Of a stretch of 64,000 nucleotides of DNA, positions 7,996-16,607 are shown piece by piece. The translations under genes were made by a program, and so were the position numbers. This stretch comes from Paludibacteraceae bacterium (lineage in GTDB: Bacteria; Bacteroidota; Bacteroidia; Bacteroidales; Paludibacteraceae). Each line of letters starts with the position of its first letter. The stretch's first letter is position 1. The notes beneath the pieces were generated by a model that was not told the DNA's origin, did not search any database, and saw only the letters and a list, made by a program, of their open reading frames with translations. The stretch spans positions 43 to 64,042 of the forward strand of contig JAILMN010000030.1 of NCBI GenBank assembly GCA_024692565.1. Direction: 5' to 3'.

Positions 7996-8882
7996 TACGC
8001 TTGCAGCGTATTCTGTAATAGCGAAACAATCGTCATGGGGCCTACTCCACCCGGCACAGGACTGATATACGCAGCTTTCTGCGATACGTGCTCAAAGTCC
8101 ACATCGCCGACGAGCCTGTACCCGCGCGGAGCATTCGCATCGTCCACACGGTTGATACCCACGTCGATAACCGTCGCTCCTTCGCGTACCATTTCGGCTG
8201 TCAGCAGACCCGGACAACCGGCTGCTACGATGATGATGTCGGCGGTCAAACAGATTGACTTCAGGTCTTGCGTCTTCGAGTGACAGATCGTCACCGTCGC
8301 GTCACCCAACGAAGCGGCGCTCATGCCCGGCAGACTCAGATACGGACGTTGCATCAACAATATCGCCATCGGTTTTCCGACTATGTTCGAACGACCGATG
8401 ACCACCACGTGCTTGCCTTCCGTCGCGATGTCGTAGCGCGCCAACAGTTCGCGTATACCACGCGGCGTGGCACTCACGATAGACGGCAAGCCTTGCACCG
8501 TGCGTCCTACGTTCTCCGGCGTCAGACCGTCCACATCTTTGCGGTAATCAATCGCCGAAAGGATGGTCGTCTCGGTGATGTGCGAAGGCAGCGGCAACTG
8601 CACGATGAAACCGTCAATAGACGGATCGTTATTCAAACGATGCACTTCGGCCAACAGCGTCTGCTCCGTGATCTCTTCCGGGTAAGCGATTTTCTCTGCC
8701 TCTATACCCACTTCGGCACACGCCTTCAACTTATTGTTCACATACGTCTCGCTCGCAGGATTATGTCCCACGATGACGATCGCTAACTTCGGCACACGCT
8801 TACCTGCCGCCTTCAGCGCCTCTACCTGCTCGCGTATCTCCCCGCGTATCTCCGCAGCTATTTTCTTGCCGTCAAGAATCAT
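7980..8882 (-). CDS. folD: bifunctional methylenetetrahydrofolate dehydrogenase/cyclohydrolase
   Basis: Full-length FolD pattern (MILDGKKIAAEIR..., GRSNIVGKP, PVPGGVGPMT). Confidence 0.95.
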   Translation of the reverse strand: MILDGKKIAAEIRGEIREQVEALKAAGKRVPKLAIVIVGHNPASETYVNNKLKACAEVGIEAEKIAYPEEITEQTLLAEVHRLNNDPSIDGFIVQLPLPSHITETTILSAIDYRKDVDGLTPENVGRTVQGLPSIVSATPRGIRELLARYDIATEGKHVVVIGRSNIVGKPMAILLMQRPYLSLPGMSAASLGDATVTICHSKTQDLKSICLTADIIIVAAGCPGLLTAEMVREGATVIDVGINRVDDANAPRGYRLVGDVDFEHVSQKAAYISPVPGGVGPMTIVSLLQNTLQAYKCKV

Positions 8883-8885
8883 TCG

Positions 8886-8903
8886 CTTTTACCTATTACC
8901 TAC
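8886..8903 (-). repeat. heptamer array CTNTTAC x2.5 (coding strand GTAANAG) in the ffh-folD spacer
   Basis: cttttac ctattac ctacg; contains the ffh stop (8896-8898). Confidence 0.7.
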
Positions 8904-10194
8904 GTTTCATCTGTTGTACTTTACGCATCATCTTTGAGGTCTGCTCGAACTGTTTGAGGAAGCGGTTGAGCGCCACAATATCGACACCTGCACCCTTGGC
9001 TATACGGTTCTTACGACTACCGTTCAGCAAGTTCGGGTTCGCACGCTCTGCCGGCGTCATCGAGTTGATCATCGCTTCGATGGGTTTGAACGCATCGTCG
9101 CTTACTTCTACGCCTTTCAGCGCTTTGTCCATGCCCGGAATCATGCCCATCAGGTCTTTCATCGAACCCATCTTCTTGATTTGGTTCAACTGACCGATGA
9201 AGTCATTGAAATCGAATTGGTTCTTGGCTATTTTCTTCGAGATTCTACGTGCCTCGGCTTCGTCGTACTGCTCTTGCGCACGCTCCACCAGCGACACCAC
9301 ATCACCCATTCCGAGGATTCGGTCTGCCATACGCGCGGGATGGAAGACATCCAACGCTTCCATCTTCTCGCCCGTACCGATGAACTTAATCGGTTTATCT
9401 ACTACCGAACGGATACTCAGCGCCGCACCACCGCGTGCGTCACCGTCTAACTTCGTCAGAATCACACCGTCGAAATCCAGGCGGTCGTTGAACTCTTTGG
9501 CTGTATTGACTGCATCCTGACCGGTCATCGCATCCACCACGAACAGGGTCTCGCTCGGGTTGATAGCATTCTTGATGGCCTCTATCTCGTTCATCATCTG
9601 CTCGTCCACCGCCAGACGACCCGCCGTATCGACGATCACTACGTCGTAGCCGAACTTACGCGCCTCGCTGATAGCGTCCTGCGCTTTCTTTACCGGATTC
9701 GACTCGTTCTCGCCGGTATAGACCTTCGCATTGATCTGTTCGCCGAGCACGCGCAACTGCTCGATAGCCGCCGGACGATAGACGTCGCACGCCACGAGCA
9801 TCACTTTTTTACCCTTCTTTGTTTGCAGATAATTGGCTAATTTGCTTGCGAAAGTGGTCTTACCCGAACCTTGCAAACCCGCCATCAGGATTACCGCCGG
9901 ACTACCTTTGAGGTTGATGTCCTGCGCCTCACCGCCCATCAACTCCGCCAACTCGTCGTGCGTGATTTTTACCATCAACTGACCCGGACGAACGGCGTTA
10001 ATCACGTTCTGTCCCAACGCTTTCTCCTTCACGCGGTCGGTAAACTGCTTCGCCGTCTTGTAGTTCACATCGGCTTCCAGCAGCGCCTTGCGGATGTCCT
10101 TGACCGTCTCGGCAATATTGATTTCGGTGATACGACCTTCACCTTTCAGAATCTTAAAACTTCGCTCTAATCGCTCTGATAAATTATCGAACAT
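8896..10194 (-). CDS. ffh: signal recognition particle protein
   Basis: Start at MFDNLSERL (cat at 10192-10194). GLQGSGKTT, DTAGR and a Met-rich M domain. Canonical promoter upstream. Confidence 0.95.
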   Translation of the reverse strand: MFDNLSERLERSFKILKGEGRITEINIAETVKDIRKALLEADVNYKTAKQFTDRVKEKALGQNVINAVRPGQLMVKITHDELAELMGGEAQDINLKGSPAVILMAGLQGSGKTTFASKLANYLQTKKGKKVMLVACDVYRPAAIEQLRVLGEQINAKVYTGENESNPVKKAQDAISEARKFGYDVVIVDTAGRLAVDEQMMNEIEAIKNAINPSETLFVVDAMTGQDAVNTAKEFNDRLDFDGVILTKLDGDARGGAALSIRSVVDKPIKFIGTGEKMEALDVFHPARMADRILGMGDVVSLVERAQEQYDEAEARRISKKIAKNQFDFNDFIGQLNQIKKMGSMKDLMGMIPGMDKALKGVEVSDDAFKPIEAMINSMTPAERANPNLLNGSRKNRIAKGAGVDIVALNRFLKQFEQTSKMMRKVQQMKRR

Positions 10195-10218
10195 AGTACT
10201 CCAAATTAAAATCGGCCG

Positions 10219-10250
10219 CAAAGGTACGAAAAAAATCACACATATGCAAA
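10219..10250 (-). promoter_or_regulatory. ffh promoter (-33 TTTG / -7 TACCTTTG)
   Basis: TTTGCATATGTGTGATTTTTTTCGTACCTTTGC with a 20-nt spacer. Back-to-back with the cdsA promoter. Confidence 0.8.
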
Positions 10251-10274
10251 TTTTTCTATAAATTTCCCCAATTA

Positions 10275-10306
10275 TTTGCATATGTCAAAAAAAAGCAGTA
10301 CTTTTG
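10275..10306 (+). promoter_or_regulatory. cdsA promoter (-33 TTTG / -7 TACTTTTG)
   Basis: TTTGCATATGTCAAAAAAAAGCAGTACTTTTGC with a 20-nt spacer. The -7 box is part of the palindrome CTTTTGC-AGGC-GCAAAAG. Confidence 0.8.
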
Positions 10307-10327
10307 CAGGCGCAAAAGTTTTGGAAT

Positions 10328-11197
10328 ATGAATGAATTCGTGAAGCGCACCCTGAGTGGGGCGGTGTTTGTGACCTGCGTAGTATGCAGTATTCTATGGA
10401 ACGAGTGGGCGTTTGCAGCGCTGTTTATGCTGTTCAGCGTGATTGCGGTGGATGAGTTTCACCGATTGGTGGGTTCACCTCGCGCGCTGCGTGTGTATGC
10501 GGCTTCGTCCACGATATTGCTTTGGACGATGGTGCAATGTCTGCTGTTCATCCCGGGCGATGAGTTAGAGCGTCGCGTATGGGGCGTCGCGTGCGGAATT
10601 GCGTACTCATTGTTGCTTGTGACTTGTCTATTGGACGAGATCTGGAACCACTCGGAGCGTCCGCTGCAGAACTGGGGCAATATGTTCATTTCGCAGTTTA
10701 TGATTGCTATTCCGCTGTGCACGCTGAGTCTGCTGCTGTTTTTGGACAAATGGTTGCTGCTGGCGCTATTTGTGCTGATCTGGGTAAACGATACGGGTGC
10801 GTACTGCGTAGGCAGCCTGACGGCGAAGCGTAAGGGCGGCAACCACAAGATGACGCCTCACATCAGTCCGAAGAAGAGTTGGGAAGGACTATTCGGCGGC
10901 ATCGCGTTCACCATCGGCGCGGCGTTTATCTTGGATGCCTGCGGTTGGTTCGCAAGCATCGATGCGCCCACGAACAGTTGGGTGACGGTGGTGCTGTTCG
11001 CTGTATTAGTAAGCGCGTTCGGCACGATGGGCGACCTAATGGAGAGCCTGATGAAACGCTCGGTAGGCGTGAAGGACTCGGGTCGTTTCTTGCCGGGGCA
11101 CGGCGGCGCTTTAGACCGATTCGACAGTATATTATTAGCTTCACCGATATTGACTTCGTTTAGTTGGTTATGTTACTTGCTTGTGCCTCTGCTTTAA
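10328..11197 (+). CDS. cdsA: phosphatidate cytidylyltransferase
   Basis: Multi-TM protein with the C-terminal CTP-transferase signature SxxKRxxxxKDxxxxxPGHGGxxDRxD. ATG at 10328 lies downstream of a canonical promoter. Confidence 0.85.
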   Translation: MNEFVKRTLSGAVFVTCVVCSILWNEWAFAALFMLFSVIAVDEFHRLVGSPRALRVYAASSTILLWTMVQCLLFIPGDELERRVWGVACGIAYSLLLVTCLLDEIWNHSERPLQNWGNMFISQFMIAIPLCTLSLLLFLDKWLLLALFVLIWVNDTGAYCVGSLTAKRKGGNHKMTPHISPKKSWEGLFGGIAFTIGAAFILDACGWFASIDAPTNSWVTVVLFAVLVSAFGTMGDLMESLMKRSVGVKDSGRFLPGHGGALDRFDSILLASPILTSFSWLCYLLVPLL

Positions 11198-12030
11198 GTC
11201 GCTTGCCGCTGCGCGTTCATTATGCGATAGCCGACGTGATGCTTTTTCCGCTGCTGTATCATGTAGCGCGGTATAGACGTAGGTTGGTAGCAAAGAACTT
11301 AGGTTTGGCTTTTCCGGAGAAGAGCGAAGCGGAGCGGCGGCAGATAGCACGGGATTTTTACAAGCAGTTCTGCTACACGTTCGTAGAGAGCATCTACGGC
11401 TACCGCTGTTCGGACGAGGAGATGCGGGAGCGCGTGGTATTCGAGCACATGGACGAGGTGAACAAGCTGATTGATGCGGCAGGCGGAGGCATATTCATGT
11501 TAGCGCATTTCGGCAACTGGGAATGGATGGCATCTATCCAACAATGGATCAGTCCGGGTGTGACGGAGATGAATATATACCGGCGGCTGAAGAGCGCATC
11601 GATGGACAAGCTGATGTTAGCCTTGCGCGCCAAACGGGGCGGCGTATGCGTGGAGAAGCAACGGGTGCTACGCGAGATGGTGCGATATCGGGCGGAGCAT
11701 AAGCCGGTGACGGTAGGACTGCTGAGCGACCAGAAACCGCGTCCCGAAGTGACCCGCACATGGGTAGATTTTTTGCACCAAGAGACGGGATTCTTAGACG
11801 GCGGCGAGGTATTGGGCAAGAAATTCGGCTACCCGGTATTCTACCTCTATATCACGCGTTCGAAGAGGGGTTATTACCGCGTGGAGATGAAGACGATTGC
11901 GGCAAAGCCGCAGGAGACGGCGGAAGGAGAGATTACGACGGCGTATGCACGATTGTTGGAACAAAATATACGGGAGCAGCCGGAGTTGTGGTTATGGACA
12001 CATGACCGTTGGAAATGGAAACGAGTGTAA
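11170..12030 (+). CDS. lysophospholipid/lipid A biosynthesis acyltransferase (LpxL/HtrB family)
   Basis: HFGNWEW catalytic HX4-type block and family length. The ATG at 11170 overlaps the cdsA 3' end. Confidence 0.75.
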   Translation: MLLACASALSRLPLRVHYAIADVMLFPLLYHVARYRRRLVAKNLGLAFPEKSEAERRQIARDFYKQFCYTFVESIYGYRCSDEEMRERVVFEHMDEVNKLIDAAGGGIFMLAHFGNWEWMASIQQWISPGVTEMNIYRRLKSASMDKLMLALRAKRGGVCVEKQRVLREMVRYRAEHKPVTVGLLSDQKPRPEVTRTWVDFLHQETGFLDGGEVLGKKFGYPVFYLYITRSKRGYYRVEMKTIAAKPQETAEGEITTAYARLLEQNIREQPELWLWTHDRWKWKRV

Positions 12031-12902
12031 TTATATTAAATTGGAATGGCGTAGAGATGTTACGTCGCTATCTTCCTTCGGTGGTCGCGCATACGACAGG
12101 TGCGGAGATAATCGTGGCGGATAATGGGAGTACGGACGACAGTTTGGAGGTGCTGCGCAAGGAGTTTCCGAGCGTGAAGACCATCGTATTGGATAAGAAC
12201 TACGGTTTTGCGGAAGGTTACAACCGCGCGATTGAGCAGGTGGACAGCGAGTACGTAGTGCTGCTGAACAGCGACGTAGAGACACCGGAGGATTGGTTAA
12301 CTCCCCTACTCGATTACATGGAGACGCACCCGGAGATAGCCGCCGTTCAGCCGAAGATACGGAGTTGGCGTCAACGCGATTACTTCGAGCACGCAGGTGC
12401 TGCAGGCGGGTACGTGAACCGGTTGGGGTATCCTTATTGCCGCGGTCGCGTGTTATGGCACGTGGAGCAGGACAAGGGTCAGTACGACACGATAGCCGAA
12501 GTAGATTGGACGTCGGGTGCCTGTATGTGTGTGCGCACGAGGGTATATAAGGAGTGCGGCGGCTTGGACGCGTCGTTTTTCGCGCACATGGAGGAGATCG
12601 ATTTATGCTGGCGCATGCGCAATGCGGGTTGGAAATTAGCCTGCATCCCGCAGAGCACGGTGTATCACCTCGGAGGGGGCTCGCTCAGCTACGAGAGTCC
12701 GCGCAAGACCTATCTGAATCACCGCAACAACCTGCTGATGATTCGCAAGAATATGCGTCATCCGGGAGGTGTGCTGTTTGTCCGCTTCTTCTTGGACTAC
12801 GCGGCGGCGCTGCTGTACCTGATGCAAGGACGATGGGAGGCATGCAAGGCAGTGTTCGCGGCGCGGAGGGATTTTCATAAAATGAAAATAAGTAATAGGT
12901 AA
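12009..12902 (+). CDS. glycosyltransferase family 2
   Basis: VIILNWNG...ADNGSTD...NSD GT2 (GT-A) motifs. Confidence 0.8.
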   Translation: MEMETSVIILNWNGVEMLRRYLPSVVAHTTGAEIIVADNGSTDDSLEVLRKEFPSVKTIVLDKNYGFAEGYNRAIEQVDSEYVVLLNSDVETPEDWLTPLLDYMETHPEIAAVQPKIRSWRQRDYFEHAGAAGGYVNRLGYPYCRGRVLWHVEQDKGQYDTIAEVDWTSGACMCVRTRVYKECGGLDASFFAHMEEIDLCWRMRNAGWKLACIPQSTVYHLGGGSLSYESPRKTYLNHRNNLLMIRKNMRHPGGVLFVRFFLDYAAALLYLMQGRWEACKAVFAARRDFHKMKISNR

Positions 12903-12919
12903 GAGGTAACAGGTAAGAA
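12892..12919 (+). repeat. heptamer array GTAANAG x4 in the GT2-serB spacer
   Basis: gtaatag gtaagag gtaacag gtaagaa, then t and the ATG. The GT2 stop (12900-12902) lies inside unit 2. Confidence 0.9.
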
Positions 12920-12920
12920 T

Positions 12921-14147
12921 ATGGATAGAGAATTTATATTGATTAACATCATCGGTTTTGATAAGCCGGGTGTGACGTCCGCGGTGACGGAAGTGTTAGG
13001 CAAATACAACGCCTATATTCAAGACATCGGGCAGTCCAATCTGCACCATCAATTGAACCTGAGTATTCTCATTCGCGTGGACGATCCGTCCACGAGCGGC
13101 GAGATGATCAAAGAGGTGCTGTTCTGCTGCTCGAAGCTGGAGATGATCGTTCGCTTCACGCCGCTGAGCGAAGAAGAGTATGCGGCTTGGGTCGGTCGTC
13201 AGGAGCAGGATCGCTACGTAGTGACGCTGTTGGCACGCGAGATCAATGCGCGGCACATCGCGCGGGTGACGGAACTGATTGCTGAACGACAGCTGAACAT
13301 CGATAACATCTTGCGTCTGAGCGAGCGTCCGAGTATGGACACGCCGGAGGACAAACGCCGTTCGTGCATGGAGTTCTCCATCCGAGGCAACATCGCCGAC
13401 CGCGAGGCGCTGCAGCGTCAGCTGTTGGCCGTAGCCCGCGAAGAAGGCATCGATATATCGTTCCAACGCGACGACATGTTCCGCCGCAACAGACGACTGA
13501 TCTGCCTGGATTTGGACTCGACCTGCATCCAGACGGAGGTAATTGACGAACTCGCGATGCGCGCCGGCGTAGGCGACGAGGTGAAAGCTATCACCCTTTC
13601 GGCGATGCGCGGAGAGATTGATTTCAAGGAGAGTTTCAAACGCCGTGTGGCGCTGCTCAAAGGTCTGGACGCCAACGTGCGGCAAGAGATCATCGACACG
13701 CTGCCGATCACGGAAGGCGCCGACCGATTATTCCATATTCTGAAGACCTGCGGATTCAAGATTGCGATTCTCTCCGGCGGCTTTATGTTCGTCGGCAAGT
13801 ACCTCAAAGAGCGCTTCGGCGTAGACTATGTGTACGCCAACGAACTGGAGATCGAAGACGGTAAGTTCACGGGCAATTATATCGGCGACATCGTGGATGC
13901 GACGCGTAAGGCGGAGTTGCTGGAACTGATTGCGCAAGTGGAGCACATCGACTTGGCACAAGTGATTGCCGTCGGCGACGGCGCGAACGACCTGAAGATG
14001 CTCGGCAAAGCCGGACTCGGCATCGCTTTCCACGCCAAACCGAAAGTGGTAGCGAGTGCCCAACAGGCCATCTCTACCGTAGGTTTGGACGGCATATTGT
14101 ATTTCCTCGGATTTAAGGATTCTTTCCTCAAAGAAACACACGAATAA
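12921..14147 (+). CDS. serB: phosphoserine phosphatase with N-terminal ACT domains
   Basis: HAD motifs DLDST, GDGAND and K-x-x; 408 aa. Confidence 0.85.
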   Translation: MDREFILINIIGFDKPGVTSAVTEVLGKYNAYIQDIGQSNLHHQLNLSILIRVDDPSTSGEMIKEVLFCCSKLEMIVRFTPLSEEEYAAWVGRQEQDRYVVTLLAREINARHIARVTELIAERQLNIDNILRLSERPSMDTPEDKRRSCMEFSIRGNIADREALQRQLLAVAREEGIDISFQRDDMFRRNRRLICLDLDSTCIQTEVIDELAMRAGVGDEVKAITLSAMRGEIDFKESFKRRVALLKGLDANVRQEIIDTLPITEGADRLFHILKTCGFKIAILSGGFMFVGKYLKERFGVDYVYANELEIEDGKFTGNYIGDIVDATRKAELLELIAQVEHIDLAQVIAVGDGANDLKMLGKAGLGIAFHAKPKVVASAQQAISTVGLDGILYFLGFKDSFLKETHE

Positions 14148-14149
14148 CT

Positions 14150-15106
14150 ATGGCATTTTTCGGACTATTCAGTAAAGAGAAAAAAGAGACACTGGACAAA
14201 GGCTTGGAGAAAAGCAAAGAGTCCGTGCTCAGTAAGATCGGGCACGCTATCGCGGGCAAATCAACTATCGACGACGATGTGTTGGATAACTTGGAAGAGG
14301 CGCTGATCACATCGGACGTAGGCGTAGAGACGACGCTGCGTATCATCGAGCGCGTGCAGGAACGCGTCAAACGCGACAAGTACGTAGGCACGGACGAGTT
14401 GAACCAACTGTTGGTGGACGAGATCGCCTCGCTGCTGCAGGAGAACAACGTGGAGGACGTATTGGATTTCAGCGCTCCCCTACCCGCCAAGCCGTATGTG
14501 GTGATGGTGGTAGGCGTGAACGGCGTAGGCAAGACGACGACCATCGGTAAGTTGGCATACCAATACAAAGCGGCAGGCAAAAAAGTGTACCTCGGTGCGG
14601 CAGATACGTTCCGCGCCGCTGCGGTAGAACAGCTGTGCATCTGGGGCGAACGCGTAGGAGTGCCGGTCATCAAGCAGCAGCAGGGTTCTGACCCGGCGTC
14701 GGTAGCCTTCGACACGCTGCAGTCCGCCAAAGCGAACGATGCCGACGTCGTGCTCATCGACACGGCGGGACGACTGCATAACAAGATCAACCTGATGAAC
14801 GAGTTGACGAAGATTAAGAATGTGATGCAGAAAGTGGTGCCCGATGCGCCGCACGATGTGATGTTGGTGCTGGACGGTTCGACGGGTCAGAATGCATTCG
14901 AGCAAGCGCGACAATTTACCGCGGCGACACAGGTGAGTTCGCTCGCTATCACCAAATTGGACGGCACTGCCAAAGGCGGCGTAGTGATCGGCATCAGCGA
15001 CCAGTTTAAGATTCCGGTGAAGTACATCGGCCTCGGCGAACAGATGACCGATCTGCAATGCTTCAACCGCGAAGAGTTTGTAAAATCGTTGATTTTGAAA
15101 GATTAG
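14150..15106 (+). CDS. ftsY: signal recognition particle receptor
   Basis: GVNGVGKTT, DTAGR and TKLDG motifs. Confidence 0.95.
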   Translation: MAFFGLFSKEKKETLDKGLEKSKESVLSKIGHAIAGKSTIDDDVLDNLEEALITSDVGVETTLRIIERVQERVKRDKYVGTDELNQLLVDEIASLLQENNVEDVLDFSAPLPAKPYVVMVVGVNGVGKTTTIGKLAYQYKAAGKKVYLGAADTFRAAAVEQLCIWGERVGVPVIKQQQGSDPASVAFDTLQSAKANDADVVLIDTAGRLHNKINLMNELTKIKNVMQKVVPDAPHDVMLVLDGSTGQNAFEQARQFTAATQVSSLAITKLDGTAKGGVVIGISDQFKIPVKYIGLGEQMTDLQCFNREEFVKSLILKD

Positions 15107-15139
15107 AGATTAAAAGGTTAGAGGATTAGAGGTAATAAA
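15101..15139 (+). repeat. 7/8-mer array GATTAGAG-like x5 after ftsY
   Basis: gattagag attaaaag gttagag gattagag gtaataaa. The ftsY stop (15104-15106) lies in unit 1. Confidence 0.8.
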
Positions 15140-15168
15140 AAAGGATGGCCGGTTGACCACCCTTTTTT
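15137..15168. terminator. bidirectional terminator between ftsY and the convergent 15172 gene
   Basis: AAAAAAGGaTGG-ccggttga-CCAcCCTTTTTT: a stem with one bulge per arm, an A-run on one side and a T-run on the other. Confidence 0.4.
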
Positions 15169-15171
15169 GTT

Positions 15172-16518
15172 TTATCTGCGATGACTTCCGCCACCACCGC
15201 CGCCACCGCGGCTACCGCCACCTGAGTGACCTCCTCCGGAGTATCCGCCTCCGCGGCTTCCACCGCCGGAATAACTTCCACCACTACGGCTGCTGCTGGA
15301 ATAACTTCCACCGCTACGGCTGCCGCCGGAATAGCTGCTTCCACCGCGGCTGCTGCTTCCGCTGCTGCGACTACCGGAATGACTGCCGGAGTAGCTGCTG
15401 CCGGAGCTACGACTGGGACCGCTGCTGTGGGTTGCGCTGGAGCGAGAGTCAGATGAACGATGCGTTGCTTCGGACGAGCGATGCGTGGACTCCGAGTTCG
15501 TGCTACGTGTAGCCGTGCTCTTGGTCGGACGCTCTGCGTTGGTTGTACGTTGTCTTTCGCCGCCGCGACGGGTCTCACCTTGACGGTGTGCATCTCCTTG
15601 ACGGTGTGCATCTCCTTGGCGATGCGATGCGCCATCCTGACGATGAGCTGCTTCGCCGCTGCGATGTGCATCCGTTTGCTTTGCTGCCGTGTTATGGCTA
15701 CCGAACGTGCGACTTGCGTTGTCATGACGACGACCGCCTTCTGCACGCATTCTGTCACCTTCAGCTCGTCTGTGACCGTCACCGCGACGGAAATCACGTG
15801 CGTTGGTCATGCCCTGGTTGCGCTCACGGAACGAACGATCGGGATGGGCTGTTGCGAAATCTCTACGTGTTACACCGCTGTGTAAGTCGTGGTATCCATG
15901 ATGGATAGTGTGTCCGTGGTGGAATGAGCACCAGTGGTGATGATGATGGTAGGTGTAGCAACGACGCCAGTACCAATCGCGTGCCCAGCAGTGATGATGG
16001 TACCACCAACCCGGGTAATATCCCCAATAGTAAGGACTGCGCCATGCGTACCAACCGGGTCCCCAGAACCAATCGTATATTACCGGACGATAGACGTAAA
16101 CGGGTTCGATGATGTAGTCGGCGCCATATACATACTCGTCGCCTACTACCTGAACGGAAACCTCGTTCTTCTCGTCTTTCTCTACGTAGATGGACGCTAC
16201 ATCCTGGTAGATGTCTTTCGCGAGGATAGCCTGCAGCACGATGAGCCTCTTGTTGCCTTCGCCGGTCTCTACAACACGCAGGTAATCCACTTCGCCGTCT
16301 CCGTTGAGATCGAGGTTACAGAACGCGCTGTCGGGGTTGTTGAGCAGGTTCTCAAACTCCTCCAGGTTCTTTGCCTGAGCGAACAGTTTGGCTACCACCT
16401 TCAGATCCAGACCTTCGGAGATATCCGAACTGTTGGCTGAAACGGTTACTGTCTCTTCTGCCCAAAGCGCTGTACTCATGAGCATCAACGCCATCAATAA
16501 TGTAGATAATTTTTTCAT
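15172..16518 (-). CDS. secreted protein: DxNGDG calcium-loop domain, W/Y/H-rich block and long R/S/G/H low-complexity tail
   Basis: Signal peptide MKKLSTLLMALMLMSTALWA. DLNGDGEVDYLRV, YYWGYYPGWWYHHH, then about 230 aa of RSG/HRQG repeats. The alternate-frame ORF 15126..15797 is a low-complexity shadow. Confidence 0.7.
   Translation of the reverse strand: MKKLSTLLMALMLMSTALWAEETVTVSANSSDISEGLDLKVVAKLFAQAKNLEEFENLLNNPDSAFCNLDLNGDGEVDYLRVVETGEGNKRLIVLQAILAKDIYQDVASIYVEKDEKNEVSVQVVGDEYVYGADYIIEPVYVYRPVIYDWFWGPGWYAWRSPYYWGYYPGWWYHHHCWARDWYWRRCYTYHHHHHWCSFHHGHTIHHGYHDLHSGVTRRDFATAHPDRSFRERNQGMTNARDFRRGDGHRRAEGDRMRAEGGRRHDNASRTFGSHNTAAKQTDAHRSGEAAHRQDGASHRQGDAHRQGDAHRQGETRRGGERQRTTNAERPTKSTATRSTNSESTHRSSEATHRSSDSRSSATHSSGPSRSSGSSYSGSHSGSRSSGSSSRGGSSYSGGSRSGGSYSSSSRSGGSYSGGGSRGGGYSGGGHSGGGSRGGGGGGGSHRR
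15578..15631 (-). repeat. 18-bp in-frame tandem repeat x3 (encodes (D/G)AHRQG units)
   Basis: ccttgacggtgtgcatct appears twice exactly, plus one degenerate copy. Further roughly 27-nt repeats encoding SRSGGSYS lie at about 15264-15330. Confidence 0.85.
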
Positions 16519-16607
16519 TGCTGTAAAATTTTAGGGGTTATTACTCTCGTTTTTTATATTCGATTTTTACCGTTTACTTACAGATAAGCAATAACCGTGC
16601 CAAACTT

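Noticed and set aside
15126-15797. A 223-aa ORF overlapping the 3' part of the 15172..16518 gene on the same strand.
   Set aside because: It is an alternate frame of the same low-complexity repeat DNA, giving A/V/P runs. It has no signal peptide or promoter of its own, and the 448-aa frame has a proper signal peptide and N-terminal domain.
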